The notes beneath the pieces were generated by a model. The model searched no databases. It was given only the letters and a program-made list of their open reading frames with translations, and was not told the DNA's origin. The translations under genes and the position numbers were made by a program. Below, piece by piece: positions 47,780 to 61,282 of a stretch of 64,000 bases of DNA. Within the stretch, counting starts at the first letter, position 1; every line of letters starts with the position of its first letter. Source of the stretch: Takakia lepidozioides (taxonomy: Eukaryota > Plantae > Bryophyta); assembly GCA_030704615.1 (NCBI GenBank), contig CM060733.1, forward strand, positions 59,458,001-59,522,000, given 5' to 3'.

Positions 47780-48340
47780 CAATTTGAGGCCTTCCACCAT
47801 TGGAGTTCAACAAGGATTTTTGAGGCCTAATTCTTCGAGAGTTGCCTTTACATACCCTCTCTGTGTCATGAGTATGCCATTGGTGAAGTACAAAAATTCA
47901 AGACACAAGTAGTGCACCATGTTACCCAACTGTGACATCTCGAAATGCTCAGCAAGTTGATTGGAAAGCCAATCAATCTTCTGGGCATGGCTGCCTGTAA
48001 GAAGAAGATGCTCATCATAAATCACGAGTATAATAACCTTTCCATCTTCATGGAGATAATAAAGATTATGATCAGCTTCACTCCTTGTCAGTCCTTGACC
48101 ATGAAGATGGGTGTCGATCTCATACCAGGCTCGAGGAGCCTGTTTGTGCCCATAGAGCGCTTTCTTCAACTTGCACACGTTCGTACCTTGTTTAGAATCA
48201 ACAAATCCGGCATATATACTTCCTCTTTCAACTTGCCGTTGAGGAAGGCCGTCTTAACATCAAGATGAGAAAGTTTCCACTTGTGATGAGCAGCGATTAC
48301 CCATTTTACTACTGGTGCAAAAGTGTCCTCATAATCGAGA
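47780..48340 (-). mobile_element. Ty1/Copia reverse transcriptase relic (RVT_2)
   Basis: [39 protein letters not shown]; degenerate YVDD; several deletions. Confidence 0.9.
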
Positions 48341-48899
48341 ATAGATGATTTTTCTGGAGGAGCAGCTGATAGTCGAGGTGGGGATGGGTTCGGTTGTGAG
48401 ATACCTATAGGACCCTCAGTGGTCCTAATCTCCTACCCTGTGAGACCATATAATGAAATCAGGAGATGGAATAGACAGGAGGTTCAAGGCACATCATTGC
48501 ATGCCACATCATTGCATGCCAGCTGACACTTAATTTGTGTCTGTGTACCAAAAGAAGGGGGGGCAAACGTGATCAAGTTAGTGTACATATCCATGCTAGA
48601 AGTACTCGCATATAAAGCCGTAGATGCACAAAGAGCAGAATAAACTGTTCCCGTCAACATCACAACACTCATTTATGGATCTGCTAGTCATGGCAGACTG
48701 TGAACCTGGAAAGGCCTGCCTGCATGTACTGACCCTTCTTTACCTATCCGTGTGAAAACCAGTCTACAGGAAATGTCAGGCTGACACTCTCACCAACACA
48801 TGCAATCTCCACCAGACTCTCATTTTCATCTTGCAAAACACTCAGATTAAGAGGTTTGCAATCCTAACTATTATCTTCCAGTACAGTCGACAAATTTGC

Positions 48900-51230
48900 T
48901 TACGAAATTGATGGCACAAAGGAGCCTACAGCAGCAGCAATAAGAGCCAACCCAAAAACCTTGCGAATGAAGCTTGGCTCTGTGACTTCGTCCAGCTGAA
49001 ACCAGTCATCCATTAGTGCTGGAGTAGACCCAAGCACCCATGCGAGACCCAACCAAGGACTGGTAACAAGCAGCGACAACAACACCACCAAGAACATTAT
49101 GCCTGTCACCACATGCTGCACACCTCGGCCCAAAACCGCTGTCAAAATGCGGCCACCGTCCAGGATGCCCAGTGGAAGAAGAGCCATGGCAGTAAAATGG
49201 AGTCCCAACGTGCCCGCCAAAGCTAGAGGACTTACTACCAACTCCAGGTCCCCCAATTCGCCTCTGAGAGTAGCAGAGGAGAGCTTGTGGAGAATCCATG
49301 TGAGTGAGCTGGAGTATGCAAACATGTTGTCAGGAACAAGCAGGAAGCCACGAAAGTCTGCCATAGTTGCAGATACAGATTCCCATGAAGAATGACTGGC
49401 CAGAATGAGGGCGAGCGAAAAGGCCACAGAAGCACATGTACTGGAGAGAGAGAGATCAAGAAGGGCAGTTCGGTTAGGAAGGCAGCCCTTGTAGAAAACT
49501 AATGTTCCGAATGCCCCTTGGTGTGGGACAGGGAGAGAAAAGGGCAGCCTCACTATCTGTGATACATTGTAAGAGGCAGCAGTGACCTTTCTAGCAACAA
49601 TACCACTGACCCAGACCCCTAGTAACCCCAGTGACACTATGCACCTTTGCCAGAAGTACGGATCATCTAGACCAGGATCCGCACTTGCAAATCGCAGGCA
49701 ATTTAACAGCACTGCAGCAATCAGAATGGCAGAAAGTAAGACATCCCCCTGTTGCGACAATGACAAAGACAAGAGCTCATTCCTGTGGGCAATGAGGCAG
49801 CCCCTTCCCCCCTCAAATGGTTCCTGATTTAAAAGAATGACAACCAAGCCCTCAAACTTCTCATCGAGGCGTCTTTGAAGCTCTTCCTGCGCAAGTGCTG
49901 CCTTACCCATGAATTCTCCACGGAACAAAAGGCCTTGTCGACACCTAATGGTCTGGCCCTCAGGAATGAAAGAGGAACCTTGAAAGACCTGTTCGAGAAG
50001 CTCAGGTTCATCAAGTGGCACAGTCAGGGTCTGCCTATGTTTATATTTGTAGAACATATTATAGAGCAAATCCGCTTCACTGTCCAAATTTTCGTCTGGA
50101 TTGAGGGTGATGCCATCAGGGCCACTAAAGAAGGAGGATATAAAGAAGGACAGTGCCTGCGTATTAACCAGTATACCACTGAGAGAATGCCTCAGCTGCT
50201 GATCCTCAGGAAAACGCTTTAAATTGGAAGTCTTGCCTGGCACTCTCGAGGCCCTCGAGAGAGCCTGTAACGAGAAGAAATTCCCGTCACCAAAAATCTT
50301 CATGAAGTCTCCAAGCTCCAGTAAGGCATCCGTGAGAAGAATTACAAAAGCTGGGAAAAAGTCGTCCAGAGTGTTGATTTGGAGAATTTCCTCGCTATCT
50401 TTGAGATACGAGGAGAACGCACCATCATAGCGCCCCTCGTCGTTACGTGCGTCTGCATCAAAACTTAAAGGGATTACTGCTGGTCGCTGAGACTTTTCGT
50501 CACCTTTCGACGAACCCAATTGAGCTCGTCTCTTCCGCTGGTTCCTCTCAATAAGGCCAAGCCCCGAGTTTTTGTCTTTAGAGGCCTCTCCTCCTTTCTC
50601 CAGTACTCGCAGCACAGAGGGAGCCACCTCAATTTGCAGCGGATCCTTTTCCGAATCACCAGAAGCTGCCTGTTGCACGCCATCTGTCTCTTTCTGTCGG
50701 AACTCAGGAGATGTTGAGGAGCCGTCTCTTACATTCGCAGCATCCCCATCCCCACTACCACTGCTTGCTTGGAACGTTCTAGATGTGTGCGAGGGAGTTG
50801 CAGGGCCCTGCTTAATAAAACCTCTTGTCCTTCTCTTGTTTTTCGTTTTTAAACCAAAGGAAACGTACTTAAGTGATGCAGAGGTGCTTCGTTGATCCGT
50901 AGGGAACGAGAGAGTGGTGCTTCTTCTGCCATACACATGCCTCAATCGAAATCGTGATTCTGGCACATGAGGAGAATTACCCTCTCCCCTTCCTCTGCCC
51001 CACACACCGCGACAGCTGAAGTGCAGCGACTCAAAACCTCCTTGCTTGTGATTGAACTGAGTGGACATAAGTTGGGAAGAACAGGAAAGATAAAACTGGA
51101 AGGAGCCTCCAAGTGCAGCCGGGGGGCTGTTCATTTTGGAGCATCGCAGGGACGGAACACAGTGACTATGGACATGGCGGTGCTGGGGCAAGCAAGGCAG
51201 CGTAGCGTCCACACGAAAGCAGTGTGTCAT
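48900..51230 (-). CDS. EGY-like (peptidase M50/site-2 protease family) plastid membrane protein, single exon, lacking HExxH
   Basis: 776-aa ORF with a transit-peptide-like N-terminus, GLLFRG, LPVPHQGAFG, SPLALAG..GL..TAMALLPLGILDGGRI and multiple TM segments. VSGIVAR stands where HExxH is expected. Confidence 0.82.
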   Translation of the reverse strand: MTHCFRVDATLPCLPQHRHVHSHCVPSLRCSKMNSPPAALGGSFQFYLSCSSQLMSTQFNHKQGGFESLHFSCRGVWGRGRGEGNSPHVPESRFRLRHVYGRRSTTLSFPTDQRSTSASLKYVSFGLKTKNKRRTRGFIKQGPATPSHTSRTFQASSGSGDGDAANVRDGSSTSPEFRQKETDGVQQAASGDSEKDPLQIEVAPSVLRVLEKGGEASKDKNSGLGLIERNQRKRRAQLGSSKGDEKSQRPAVIPLSFDADARNDEGRYDGAFSSYLKDSEEILQINTLDDFFPAFVILLTDALLELGDFMKIFGDGNFFSLQALSRASRVPGKTSNLKRFPEDQQLRHSLSGILVNTQALSFFISSFFSGPDGITLNPDENLDSEADLLYNMFYKYKHRQTLTVPLDEPELLEQVFQGSSFIPEGQTIRCRQGLLFRGEFMGKAALAQEELQRRLDEKFEGLVVILLNQEPFEGGRGCLIAHRNELLSLSLSQQGDVLLSAILIAAVLLNCLRFASADPGLDDPYFWQRCIVSLGLLGVWVSGIVARKVTAASYNVSQIVRLPFSLPVPHQGAFGTLVFYKGCLPNRTALLDLSLSSTCASVAFSLALILASHSSWESVSATMADFRGFLLVPDNMFAYSSSLTWILHKLSSATLRGELGDLELVVSPLALAGTLGLHFTAMALLPLGILDGGRILTAVLGRGVQHVVTGIMFLVVLLSLLVTSPWLGLAWVLGSTPALMDDWFQLDEVTEPSFIRKVFGLALIAAAVGSFVPSIS

Positions 51231-52242
51231 TATCCACCCGAGCTATGATCTCCTACCTTTCTCTCGCTCTATCTCTCTTGTGAAACAGGAATCATCCCGC
51301 TAAGTATCACTTCACCGTGCCTGGGTGCCTGCCACGCTGCTCTGTTGCCCGGATAGATTTTCCACTTGTGTCTTCCACAGTTGCCTGTTTACGGATTGTT
51401 GTCCTTTTAAGCGAGATAATGACCCACACTCCACTTAATTATAGCACGCACTGAGGCCTGGAGAGCAGCAATAAGCGGTTACAGTTCATCAGATTGTTGC
51501 TACTTGTTGAAGGAAATCTGTCGCCGAATTGCTGCAGAACCACTATGTGGAAAAGCACGCAGTGCCATGCTCTAGAGTTATCGGCTGCCCACTTTCTGCA
51601 GGATGCTGTACCTTTAGACGACAAATCGTAGCCTCATACCTTTCTCTCCCACCTGAAGTGTTCCTTGGGGGGAGGAACTCCAGTCTTCCTGGCTGTTTCA
51701 AATCCATGCAGATGAGATGATTCCTGGAGGTGAACTTTTCGCGGGTGCTACATGTTGCTCATATGGAGAATTTAAGGGTGAAATGCACATGGTTCTGATC
51801 TGAGTAGTGGCTCTACTGCCATGAAAACCCCATGAACTCCTTCCCATCCCTTGTATAGTGTTATACGGCTGTTTAAACATTTCCAGTACATGAGGCCTGT
51901 ACTGCCAGTAGACAACATTTCATGCCCTCTCTGTGTCTCCAGTTCCGTGTTGCGAGAAATGCAGGTGAACCTTCTGGCGTTGAACCTCTCCTCGCCATGA
52001 TCCAAGCACTTTGAAGGTGGGTGCTTGCAAATGGACACATCTAGTGCTTGCAGTGTATATACACTTACTGCATTGCTTGATCTTACCATCAGTAGGGCTC
52101 TATGCGCAGTAATTTACACTACCCAGTAAGATTTTCCAAAGGCCTCATCTTTTTATAACAAATTCATAATCTGACAATGCAAGTGGAAACAAAGTTGGGT
52201 GACATAATGGTGCAGACTGCAATGCACAGTATGGAGCACAGA

Positions 52243-54257
52243 TCACTCCAGGTTGCTGGTTTCAACCAAAAACTCCCGCATCAGTCTTGTATTGGAGTCT
52301 TCCATGTGCTGTCATCACCACAGGCACCAGTCACTTGCAAGACTTAAGGACTCATTCTTCCTTTCCTTGCTCTAGTTTGCAAAGGTGGGAGGCTTTGGCT
52401 GCACACCTCTTTGTATGAAGACTTCGATATCCAGATTAGGCAGGCATTTAGCATCAGTCCAGATCAATGATGACAATGGAGAGGCTATAACTAAGGTGCT
52501 GTACTCGACAAGCATTGATGCTCACAGCCACTTTGCTTACAGCCACTATTCCAGTTTCATAACCAGCAAGATAATAATTGACTTAGAACAGCAAACGTAG
52601 TGCAGCAAGGCAAACCTTATGGCACAAACTCTTGAGATTGTCCCATTCGAAGTCATGGTTAGCATATGCTGATCTCACCTGCATTTCCACACAGCATGCA
52701 TCCACCACCTTAGCAACCCCGCTTCCAGCCTGACACTCTCCTAGACCATAGATAACACAAATAATACCGAGCAGAGGACACTCCTGAATAAATGCAGCAA
52801 CCCCTTCCTTGCCATGAAACTGTAGCCAGGCTACTGTGCAGGAAGCTCAGACATATTTGAGAGGAAACTTACTTCCATTATGCGCAGTGCTGGTGTTGCA
52901 AGGGGAAATGAGGGAAAAGAGCAGCCATCCATATGTCGCCCATCACAGAAACCCACCAGAGCCCATTATTGGTAATAAGCTCATGGTCATGTTGCAAAGC
53001 TGCTTAACCCCTCAACCCCGCCAACCCTTTCTTTCCACTACCCAAAATCCTGTTCACATCCCTACATTTTATTAATACCCACCAACTGCCTGTTCTATGC
53101 CATCTCAGCTGCTCTCTTGTCCTGTGGCGGAATAGTGACATTATCAACTGTGCTCACTGCAGACAAATAAACAGAGAAAGACTCTTGGCAAGGAGTATGC
53201 AATGCAGGTTAGCTCACCAAGGTTTTTATGCCGAAAAGTTTCTCGCATGAGGGTTGCACAGAATTTGTCGCCATCTTTCAGAGACACCCTATCCACAAAA
53301 TCCATCAGCTCTGCATATGCTTCTTTGTTGTAATCCTGCCAAATTAGGGGTGTCACTAAAACGTGTCTCTGTCACTGCTCATAGCACACCTACTTGTCCA
53401 ATGTAAGCACTCCACAACTTATACTGCCATCAAATATAAGTCCTGACTTTCTCCTGCAACCCCTTCTTTTGGATTTCTCCTTTACCTTCCTCCCTGTCTT
53501 TTCAACAAGGTGCTTGCAGCAAAGGAAGTTGGGAGGATCAAACCTGAAGCTGAGAGAGAACAATTTTGACAGCCAAAAAAGTGAAAAAATTGTGAAGAGA
53601 CTCCGCTGCCTTCGCCTCTGGCGATTTCTCGCCGAATCCTGCCAACCAGACCCTCACCAAGGAGTTGAGAAGAGAAGAGACAAGACACAAGAGGGCACTC
53701 CTGCAATCTAAGGTGCGCACGCTCCTAAGACCAACCCAGCGTTTCACAAGCCACAAATCCACAATACATACAGGACAATGTCTGTGACAACAATTAAGCA
53801 GTGCACTCCTTACTTGGACAATCGGATGTCACGTTACAGGTCTATGCCGAGTTACAATTAGTGCTTCAACGGACTTCTTGCATCAATGTGCTCGTGGACC
53901 CCGGTGTATAAACGTGACATTATCCGCGTTACATTATGTTGTACGATTCAGAAAGGACAATAATATGTTTCAAATTGGCACTATACCTGGTACAAACATC
54001 TTCTGGCAGCGAGCGGGTCCTACACTCCCAGGCCTCAAATTCAGCTGCTCTTCATCCTTGTGCCCCTCCCATAATTTTACAGAAGCTCCCCATAGCCTGC
54101 AAGGCACAGCCTTGTGCTGTGTGGCTCCTTTTCTCCCTGCAGCAACGAACGCATAACTTGATGGCCTCTCACATCGCTCCTGCCAGATTGCCGTATACCC
54201 ATGCACAACATTGGGGTGAACTCCACAACATGCTGCTCTCCTGAAACTTGTTGCCAT
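52243..54257 (-). CDS. RBCX1: Rubisco assembly chaperone RbcX1-like, 6 exons, 209 aa
   Basis: Exons 54257-53987, 53638-53544, 53335-53218, 52889-52873, 52678-52616, 52308-52243 (630 nt) give MFVPGFGEKSPEAKAA..FFTFLAVKIVLSQLQDYN..DGDKFCATLMR..LALRIMEVRSAY..DFEWDNL..SNTRLMREFLVET. Confidence 0.93.
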
Positions 54258-54960
54258 GCCCCGCCGTCAAGGCCCACACAGATGCCCCACACCTGTGTCT
54301 TCCTTCCACAAACACACTCTCTCTCACTCTTCGTCACTCTCCCCTTTCCTGCCACACAACAACTCATCGCATTCCTGTGTCAGTCCTGTACTACCGAACG
54401 ACATTCTCCTCAACCTCTGGCCGTTTACTGACGGATACTGTAAGTCCCTGTAACAGAATCCTGTTAGCTAAAGAAATTTGGTAATGGACTTTTTCCCAAA
54501 AACCGCTCACAAATTGGGCCCTTCATGAGAAAAATCAACACCTTTCAACAACGTCGGAAGGACACCCCAGTATAGAAGTTAGCTAAGTTATGGCGGACGA
54601 CAAATGAATGATATGTGAGCGGTGCCCGGATTAAATCTACCTTAATTTTGGTATCCGGCCGCCAATGGCAAGCCCCTCCGTTTGGTCAGCCATAGCCAAA
54701 TTCACTCAGAGCTCATGGGTTGCCATCCAAGCCCAGATAGGAACTACCATTTGCAAACTCAGGAGTTGATATTGAACTCACCAACACCTCAATTCAATAT
54801 GCTCTCTGCCAAGTGACTTATGGCAGAATTGCATGTGCAACCACAAAACTTTGTTGGTGATATTTTCCGGCAGTCTTCCTGGCTGGAATCCCCAGCAGCC
54901 CAGCGGTTCCACTGCATAATCCATTTCAGCGGCAGGATCAAGTTACCACATGATCAACTT

Positions 54961-55209
54961 ATCATCCACGTGGTATGACTCACAAATTCTGAGGAATCTA
55001 CCCTCAAATTCCAGAAATTCACTGGGGGAATTCCGTCCAGGAATCATCCATGCCGTATGACTCACAAATTCTGAGGAATCTGCCCTCAAATTCCAGAAAT
55101 TCACTGGGGGAATTCCGTCCAGGAATCATCCATGCCGTATGACTCACAAATTCTGAGGAATCTGCCCTCAAATTCCAGAAATTCACTGGGGGAATTCCGT
55201 CCAGGAATC
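54961..55209. repeat. Tandem triplication of an 82-bp unit, nearly perfect
   Basis: ATGACTCACAAATTCTGAGG starts at 54975, 55057 and 55139. Confidence 0.95.
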
Positions 55210-56559
55210 GCTGAGTATAATACAAAGGAAATCAGACCTAAAATGGATTACGTATGGGCAACCTAAGTTGTGTCCTAAACTCAAAAGAAATTGGGCCTCA
55301 CGCCAAGGCTTGTCACATGGTATCGGTACTCTTAGATAGCATTGATGAGCAATAGATAGCACTCTTAGATATGCAATTTAACATGCACTTCCATGCACAC
55401 CATATCCATATGATGAAGTGATATCATAAGTCACAGTTGCTTCGGCAAAAGTCTTCTTCTCTTGTATGATGATAAAATGAGTTAAGTGAAAATTGAGATC
55501 TGCAAATGGGCAGCCGTGCCAGTAAATTGTGATTCATTGAATTCTTCAATGATCTTCTGTTCAATAATTTTGAACGTTGAATGGTATAGGAAAGCGTCCA
55601 ACAAAATTGAGGTATTTTTAACCCTTAAACACCCACGAGGGTTGGTAGAACATGAGGCACACCAATGAGCACAAATGCCGTACCCACGGTCATGGGGGTT
55701 TTATGTTTTTAAACCACGGTCATAGGAGCTATATGTTTTCAAAACGGAATAAAATCCCAAAACCCTAATGCGAAATAGGCACCCATAATGTATATCTACA
55801 AGCTCCAAGTTCCATATATCTACAGCTTTGGTATTCTACAAATGAATAACATGTTAGAGAAAAACAAAGTCACAATAACCAACACCATCCAAAACACACA
55901 AATCTCAAACAATAGTTGAACAATTTAATATAATGAGGCAAACAACGGTTTCGTTAACGAAATAAATCAACATATTGGGTTTCTCTAGTGAAATAGTGGA
56001 TTTTGCTAGCGAAATTTCAGCCATCAGTGCGTAGGTCATTATCCTATGGTTTCGTGGGCGAAACAATATGTATTGTGTTTGGTGATAGGGTGACTAACCC
56101 ATCTATGTGTGGCTTGTCCTCGCGCGAGCACAAGTATGCTCACGGGCACACAATTTGGTCCCCGTGAGCACAAATTTCCAATTTTAGTTTCGTCGTAGCA
56201 TCTTTTCAGAAATATTCACGAATTTTCGGGCATTTTGGTTGTTGCTCATGCGAGCACGCAGAGTGGCGTGAGCGTGCTCATGCGCTACCCAACCTCAACG
56301 CCCACCAGCCATTTTGGGCTTTTCATATTGGTTTTCTTAGAATATCTTTGGCATATCTGATCGCACGTATCTCACATATATGTTCTTTTAGTATGCTCAT
56401 ACCAGCCACTTGGAAGTATAGGCTTCGCATGCCAATCTCTCAATTTTGGGATTATGCAAGAATGGCGGTAGGGCCAAAGGGGGTGTGCTTGCGAATTACC
56501 TCCCTTGAAGGTTATTCTTTAGTTTTCCCTCTCTTCTTGAGTTCTGGTTGTGTTGTGCA

Positions 56560-56732
56560 AAGATACCATGCAAGATGGCGGAATCCGGTTAGTGTTCATA
56601 AATGGGGAAATTTTTGGAACTAATGTTTCCTTGTTGGTGGACACAGTGACACCGGCAACGGCGCGGAAGGTGGGGCTCCCGACAATTGACGTGGGGGCCT
56701 CTATTGAAGTGCGCTATGCCAAAGTGCGTTGA
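56560..56732 (+). mobile_element. Ty3/Gypsy-type aspartic protease relic
   Basis: LVFINGEIFGTNVSLLVDT..VTPATARKVGL resembles retropepsin LvDTGA..f....A..lGL with an internal deletion. Confidence 0.55.
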
Positions 56733-57979
56733 CCATGTGCCACATCTTGTATATTCATCCAAATCCCCTCATATTTGAGTTTGTCACATGCTTGCATCTC
56801 ATTGTTAATAGCAAGGAAAGAGTTTCATGGAATTTTTTATTTTATTTTTTTGGGTTAAGAAAGGAGACTATGGCCATTTTAATCAAAATTAAATAAATAG
56901 GAAAAAGATTTGAACGTCACTAAAAATAAAATATAACTAGTTGGAAATTGAATTGTTTTTGCAAGGAGCCCTGAAATAGGTCAGAGTTTGAACGGTGCAA
57001 AATTGCTACATCTGGTCGGATTTCCTTGAACTCATGTGAGGCTGTGCAGGGAGGCCATAGATCGTCCCGTCAATTTTTGAAAAATCGGAATTTGTAAATT
57101 CTACACCCATTTTGACATGTGTGCGTTTATGGATTAAATAGCACTGGTCTGTTGGGTTTGTTGGGATGGTTTATGTTTGATGTGTTCCTCAATGTGTGGG
57201 ATCTATTTGATGTACTAGGTCTATTAGGATCTACTAGGTGCTCTTGCTAGGTTTTCTATTTGGTATACTTGAGGTATTGCTATGGGGGGTAGTATCTGCA
57301 AGCAAGCAAGCAAAGTTTGTTTTCTTCTTTACATTTATTTGATTTCGAGAATGGAACACCCCAGTTCACCACTGGTGGCCTACCGTTCTGACGTTATCAG
57401 TCATCGGATTCTCCGTCATGGTTTACCGTGTGTTCAGGCCTTATGGCAGCCTTCAGGCCTATAAGGGTTTTTTTTTTTTCCCTTCAATAATTCGAATGAA
57501 GCTTTAACAGGCTTCCTTTCCTTTCCTTCCAAAAAAAAAGAGAAAGAAAACAACGCAGAGCCGCCGCCGGCTGGCAGCTCCTATTTACACTTGTCTGTTG
57601 GGTGGTCTACTGGGCTTACCATTATATTATCTACCATACCATAGAAGTGGCCCTCGAAACACTCGGTGGGACCTGGCGGCCTTGTGGTGGGCCGAGCTGC
57701 CTTGTGGCACCGAGCAACCAACAATAATAGTACCATATACAAAAAGTGAGCAAAATGGGGCCTTACAATTGGTGAGCCACACAAGTGTATGTTGGATGTC
57801 ACCCATTATAGTCAACCAAGCCATAAAAAGTGGTCTGGTCATGAGACACCTACTACTGTGGGTGTTTTGGGGACTTTCAAGTCCTTGGAGGTCTAAGCAA
57901 CCATGTTGCTCAGATCACGTCTATTAAAAGGTGTGCACTTTCCAAACAGAAAACTATAGCCCCCTTTGGGACGAAACGA

Positions 57980-58770
57980 GTGTTGGACTGGTATATAGGG
58001 TCTGGCTGGGTATCAACCAGGTATTGAATAAAGGGCCCGGCTGGTATTGGCAATTCCAATACTATGGTCGATAACCGGACCGGCTGGTATTGCCAAGGCA
58101 ATACTCCGGTGCATACCCCTATTATGGGCAAAAACAAGGTATGAATAGGAAATTGGCTGGGTGCACAATATGTCAGGGTCAGGCTCAAAGGGTGCACATG
58201 TGAGGGAGGGCATGTCCAGCCCCAAGGGCCCGCCACTATGCTTAATTTCTTACCACATGTAGGGCGGCCCGCCCCTATTCTTTATTTATTTTTAGCACAT
58301 GTAGGGTGTCTTATGAGGACCTCATTGCAGAGATGCTGGTTTATTTGACGATGAGGGTTGCAATCAGTCTTCTTTTAACTAAGCTTGCTTCAATTTGGAT
58401 ACTAAAATCTGCAACGTTGTTATTATATAATGCAAAGACTGAATTTTGCAACATAATAATTAATTTCTTTGTGAAATCAACTGAAAGGAGTCTTCTAAAT
58501 TCAATACATATTAAATATTTAAGGTTAATTTAATTTTTAATTTTTATTATTTATACCCGGGTTGATAACCAGCTGGTATTAGATTGGAATACCCATCCTA
58601 TTGATACCCGTTCGCAAATCGAAAATCATACCACTATTGAGAACCGGTGGGTATTAAAATTAAGGGAACCTTTCAATACTATGGAACTGGCTGGTATTGC
58701 AAATTAATTTCTTTTCAATACCCGGACCCGGCTGGTATTAGAAAAAGTAATACTCGCCCAACACCGGAAG
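57980..58770. mobile_element. MITE-like repeat pieces (CGGCTGGTATT motifs)
   Basis: Multiple GGCTGGTATT copies; homologous to 43760-43905. Confidence 0.55.
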
Positions 58771-59010
58771 AAACGACACCATAAGTTACTTTATTTATTT
58801 ATTTAAAAGTTATGCCTACAATGCCTGTTGTCTTCTACGTCATCTTTTTCCTGGGCCCGACCTACAACTGGAGGTAGGGCAAAGCGTCTCTTTCTCAAAA
58901 ATGATGGTGAACAACAGAAGCAGTGGCGGTTGGGCTTGTTTTGTACCTTGGAGAGGCTTTCACAACATGCTGACACAACATACCAACTCCACATTTTTTT
59001 TTCCGCTTAA

Positions 59011-59628
59011 GGGAAATACCTGGGAGCGACGGCACAAATCAGGCCTCTTAATAGTGAGAGGAGAAAATACCTCTTTCACGCGGGAATCTTTTTTTCAATA
59101 GGGGACAGTGGCCCTGGAAATTTTATTTGGAATGATTCTGGGAAAAAAAATTCTATATTTTGTAAGCCCGGTCCTGAAAATACGGCTCAATAATTTCCTG
59201 TCGATGCGCTGGGAAAGATGACATATGATAAGTCCATCGATGGTACTCCCGGGACGAAAATATGGAATCCATGTCGGGGGGACAGATTTATAAGCCTGGT
59301 TCTTAAGAGTTTTAAAGGGTATTATCATATATATCACAAACCCGGTTTTTGCCCTGGCAAAGTCGTCGTCTTTTATTTGTCTCATTGGACAGTGGTGAAT
59401 CCACACTATAAATGTGTACCTTTGTCTTATTTCATCGCGGGGGTTTAAAAAAATGAACAATTTGGGAACATGGTATTGCCTTGGGAACTCGTTTCGGAGC
59501 GTGTTGGTTGTCTGTAATTTCGCACTAAACAGTTGTCCACAATTGTAGCAATAATTTGATCGTTGGGCACTGTGCCCTACAATTGGGTTCCAATTCACCG
59601 CCAAACAGTAGTCGCTCCCAGGTTTCCT
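59011..59628. mobile_element. Putative non-autonomous DNA transposon (~620 bp) with imperfect terminal inverted repeats
   Basis: Left end GGGAAATACCTGGGAGCGAC (59011-59030, preceded by TTAA); right end GTCGCTCCCAGGTTTCCT (59611-59628, followed by TCAA). AT-rich interior. Confidence 0.6.
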
Positions 59629-61282
59629 TCAAAAATAAATGAAAAATGAAAAATGAAAAGGGCGTACCTGGTTTATTTGATTTTCTTAAAAGAGGGCGGC
59701 ATCCTTGTCACTCATCCGTTAATGGAATTACTTGCGTGCCCCGTCCCTTTTTGGGTTTCGCCAGCTGATGGGGAGGTCAATTTGCGGCATTGTAGGACAA
59801 GGGACTCTAAGTTTAAGGCTCAGCTGAATTTTTAGTGTCTGTTAGCGTCTCCTGTTCTTATCTCCTTCGCACTGTTGTTCCGGTCAATATCTTCGCTGCC
59901 AGCTCCCTAGAGGTTACGTTTTTCTTTCCTTTCCTTCCCTTGGCCTTGTTTGCCTTTCCTTGGTGTTTTGGGCTTGTGGCCTCTGTCTCCTTGTGTCTTT
60001 TTCGGATTTCGGGCTATTCCCCCTTCGTAAGCTTTACGGCCTTTATCTGCGGCTTCCAGTTGACCATCTACCCATGCACGCTCGGGGAGGTCACTCCCTA
60101 TCTAGTTTCCAGTTGTTCCCACTCTTCCTAATCTATCCAGACCAGTGTTGGACTGGTATACCTGGTTGAACCTAGGTGAATACATGTATGAATATATATA
60201 TTGAAGAACATACGAGTTGGGTATGAAAGAACCATAGTACCCATGTGATACACGTAAGTCTGGGGGGGAAGTATGTCTTTAGGCTCCCCCCCCCCCACAT
60301 ACCATACCAGTCTGGGTAAGTGCAAGTGCAGTGTGGTCACGATACCAGTATTGCGGCAAATTTATGGTGGACAGAGCTAGGTATGAATATGGCGACGGCG
60401 TTAGGTTTTTGCGCCTATGCTGTAGTAGGGTGCGGCTCCTTCAATGAGCAAATTAGTGGCTGCGGATTGCAGCAATGTTCTCTTCGGCCTTGTAGCAAAC
60501 AATCCGCCTTCATGAAGGCTGTTAGGGTCCGTGCTATGTGTATGCAATCTCGGCAGGTGATTTTCTTCTTATGGCGTCGGCTTCTTCTAACCTGGATCAT
60601 TCTTCTTAGAGCGATTACAACATATTGTGATTGTATCACAGCCCACCTGCTCTTGCTTTGAAACTCCCAAAAATGGTTTTTGACATCACACGAGATATTA
60701 ATGTGGATGAAATACCATCCAAAAACAAAAAATGATACCAATACCATACTCATATACAGCCCAAAATATAAAAATTCATACCAGATTCATCCCCAGTTGC
60801 TCATGGCTATATAGATTACTTATACCAGCCCGGTATGAAAAAAGGGTAGTCGTAGTAAGAGAAAACAAAAGCAGATGAGACCGGGTCAAGAAGGTGACAC
60901 GTTGACGGACGGCAACGGCAGACGCCGGAGGCGGCCAGAACAAACGTGAGGAAGAGACGGAGGGGATTGGCGCAGAGAATAAGGAACAGAGAGTCAGAGC
61001 AAGCACGCGGGCATCGCAGCGCGCGATACGTGTGTACGTAAGCACACACAGCGCAGACTGCAGAGCAACAGCAGCACGCTCCACTATAACGACCGCCTCA
61101 GCTTGAGCATTCTGCTTATCTGCCTGCCCTCCTGCACGCACTACAGATCCACAGTCCCCCTGTGGAGTGGAAGTTGCAGGTGCTGGGGGAGTCTTGGAGG
61201 GGGAGAAAGAGAGACGGGTAGTTGGTTCGTGGCTGGGAGTGTCTGTGTCGAGAAAACTGGTGTGAAGGGAGGTGGTGCAGCA

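Noticed and set aside
59095-59604. 169-aa ORF inside the small TIR element
   Set aside because: Non-ATG start and no transposase motifs.
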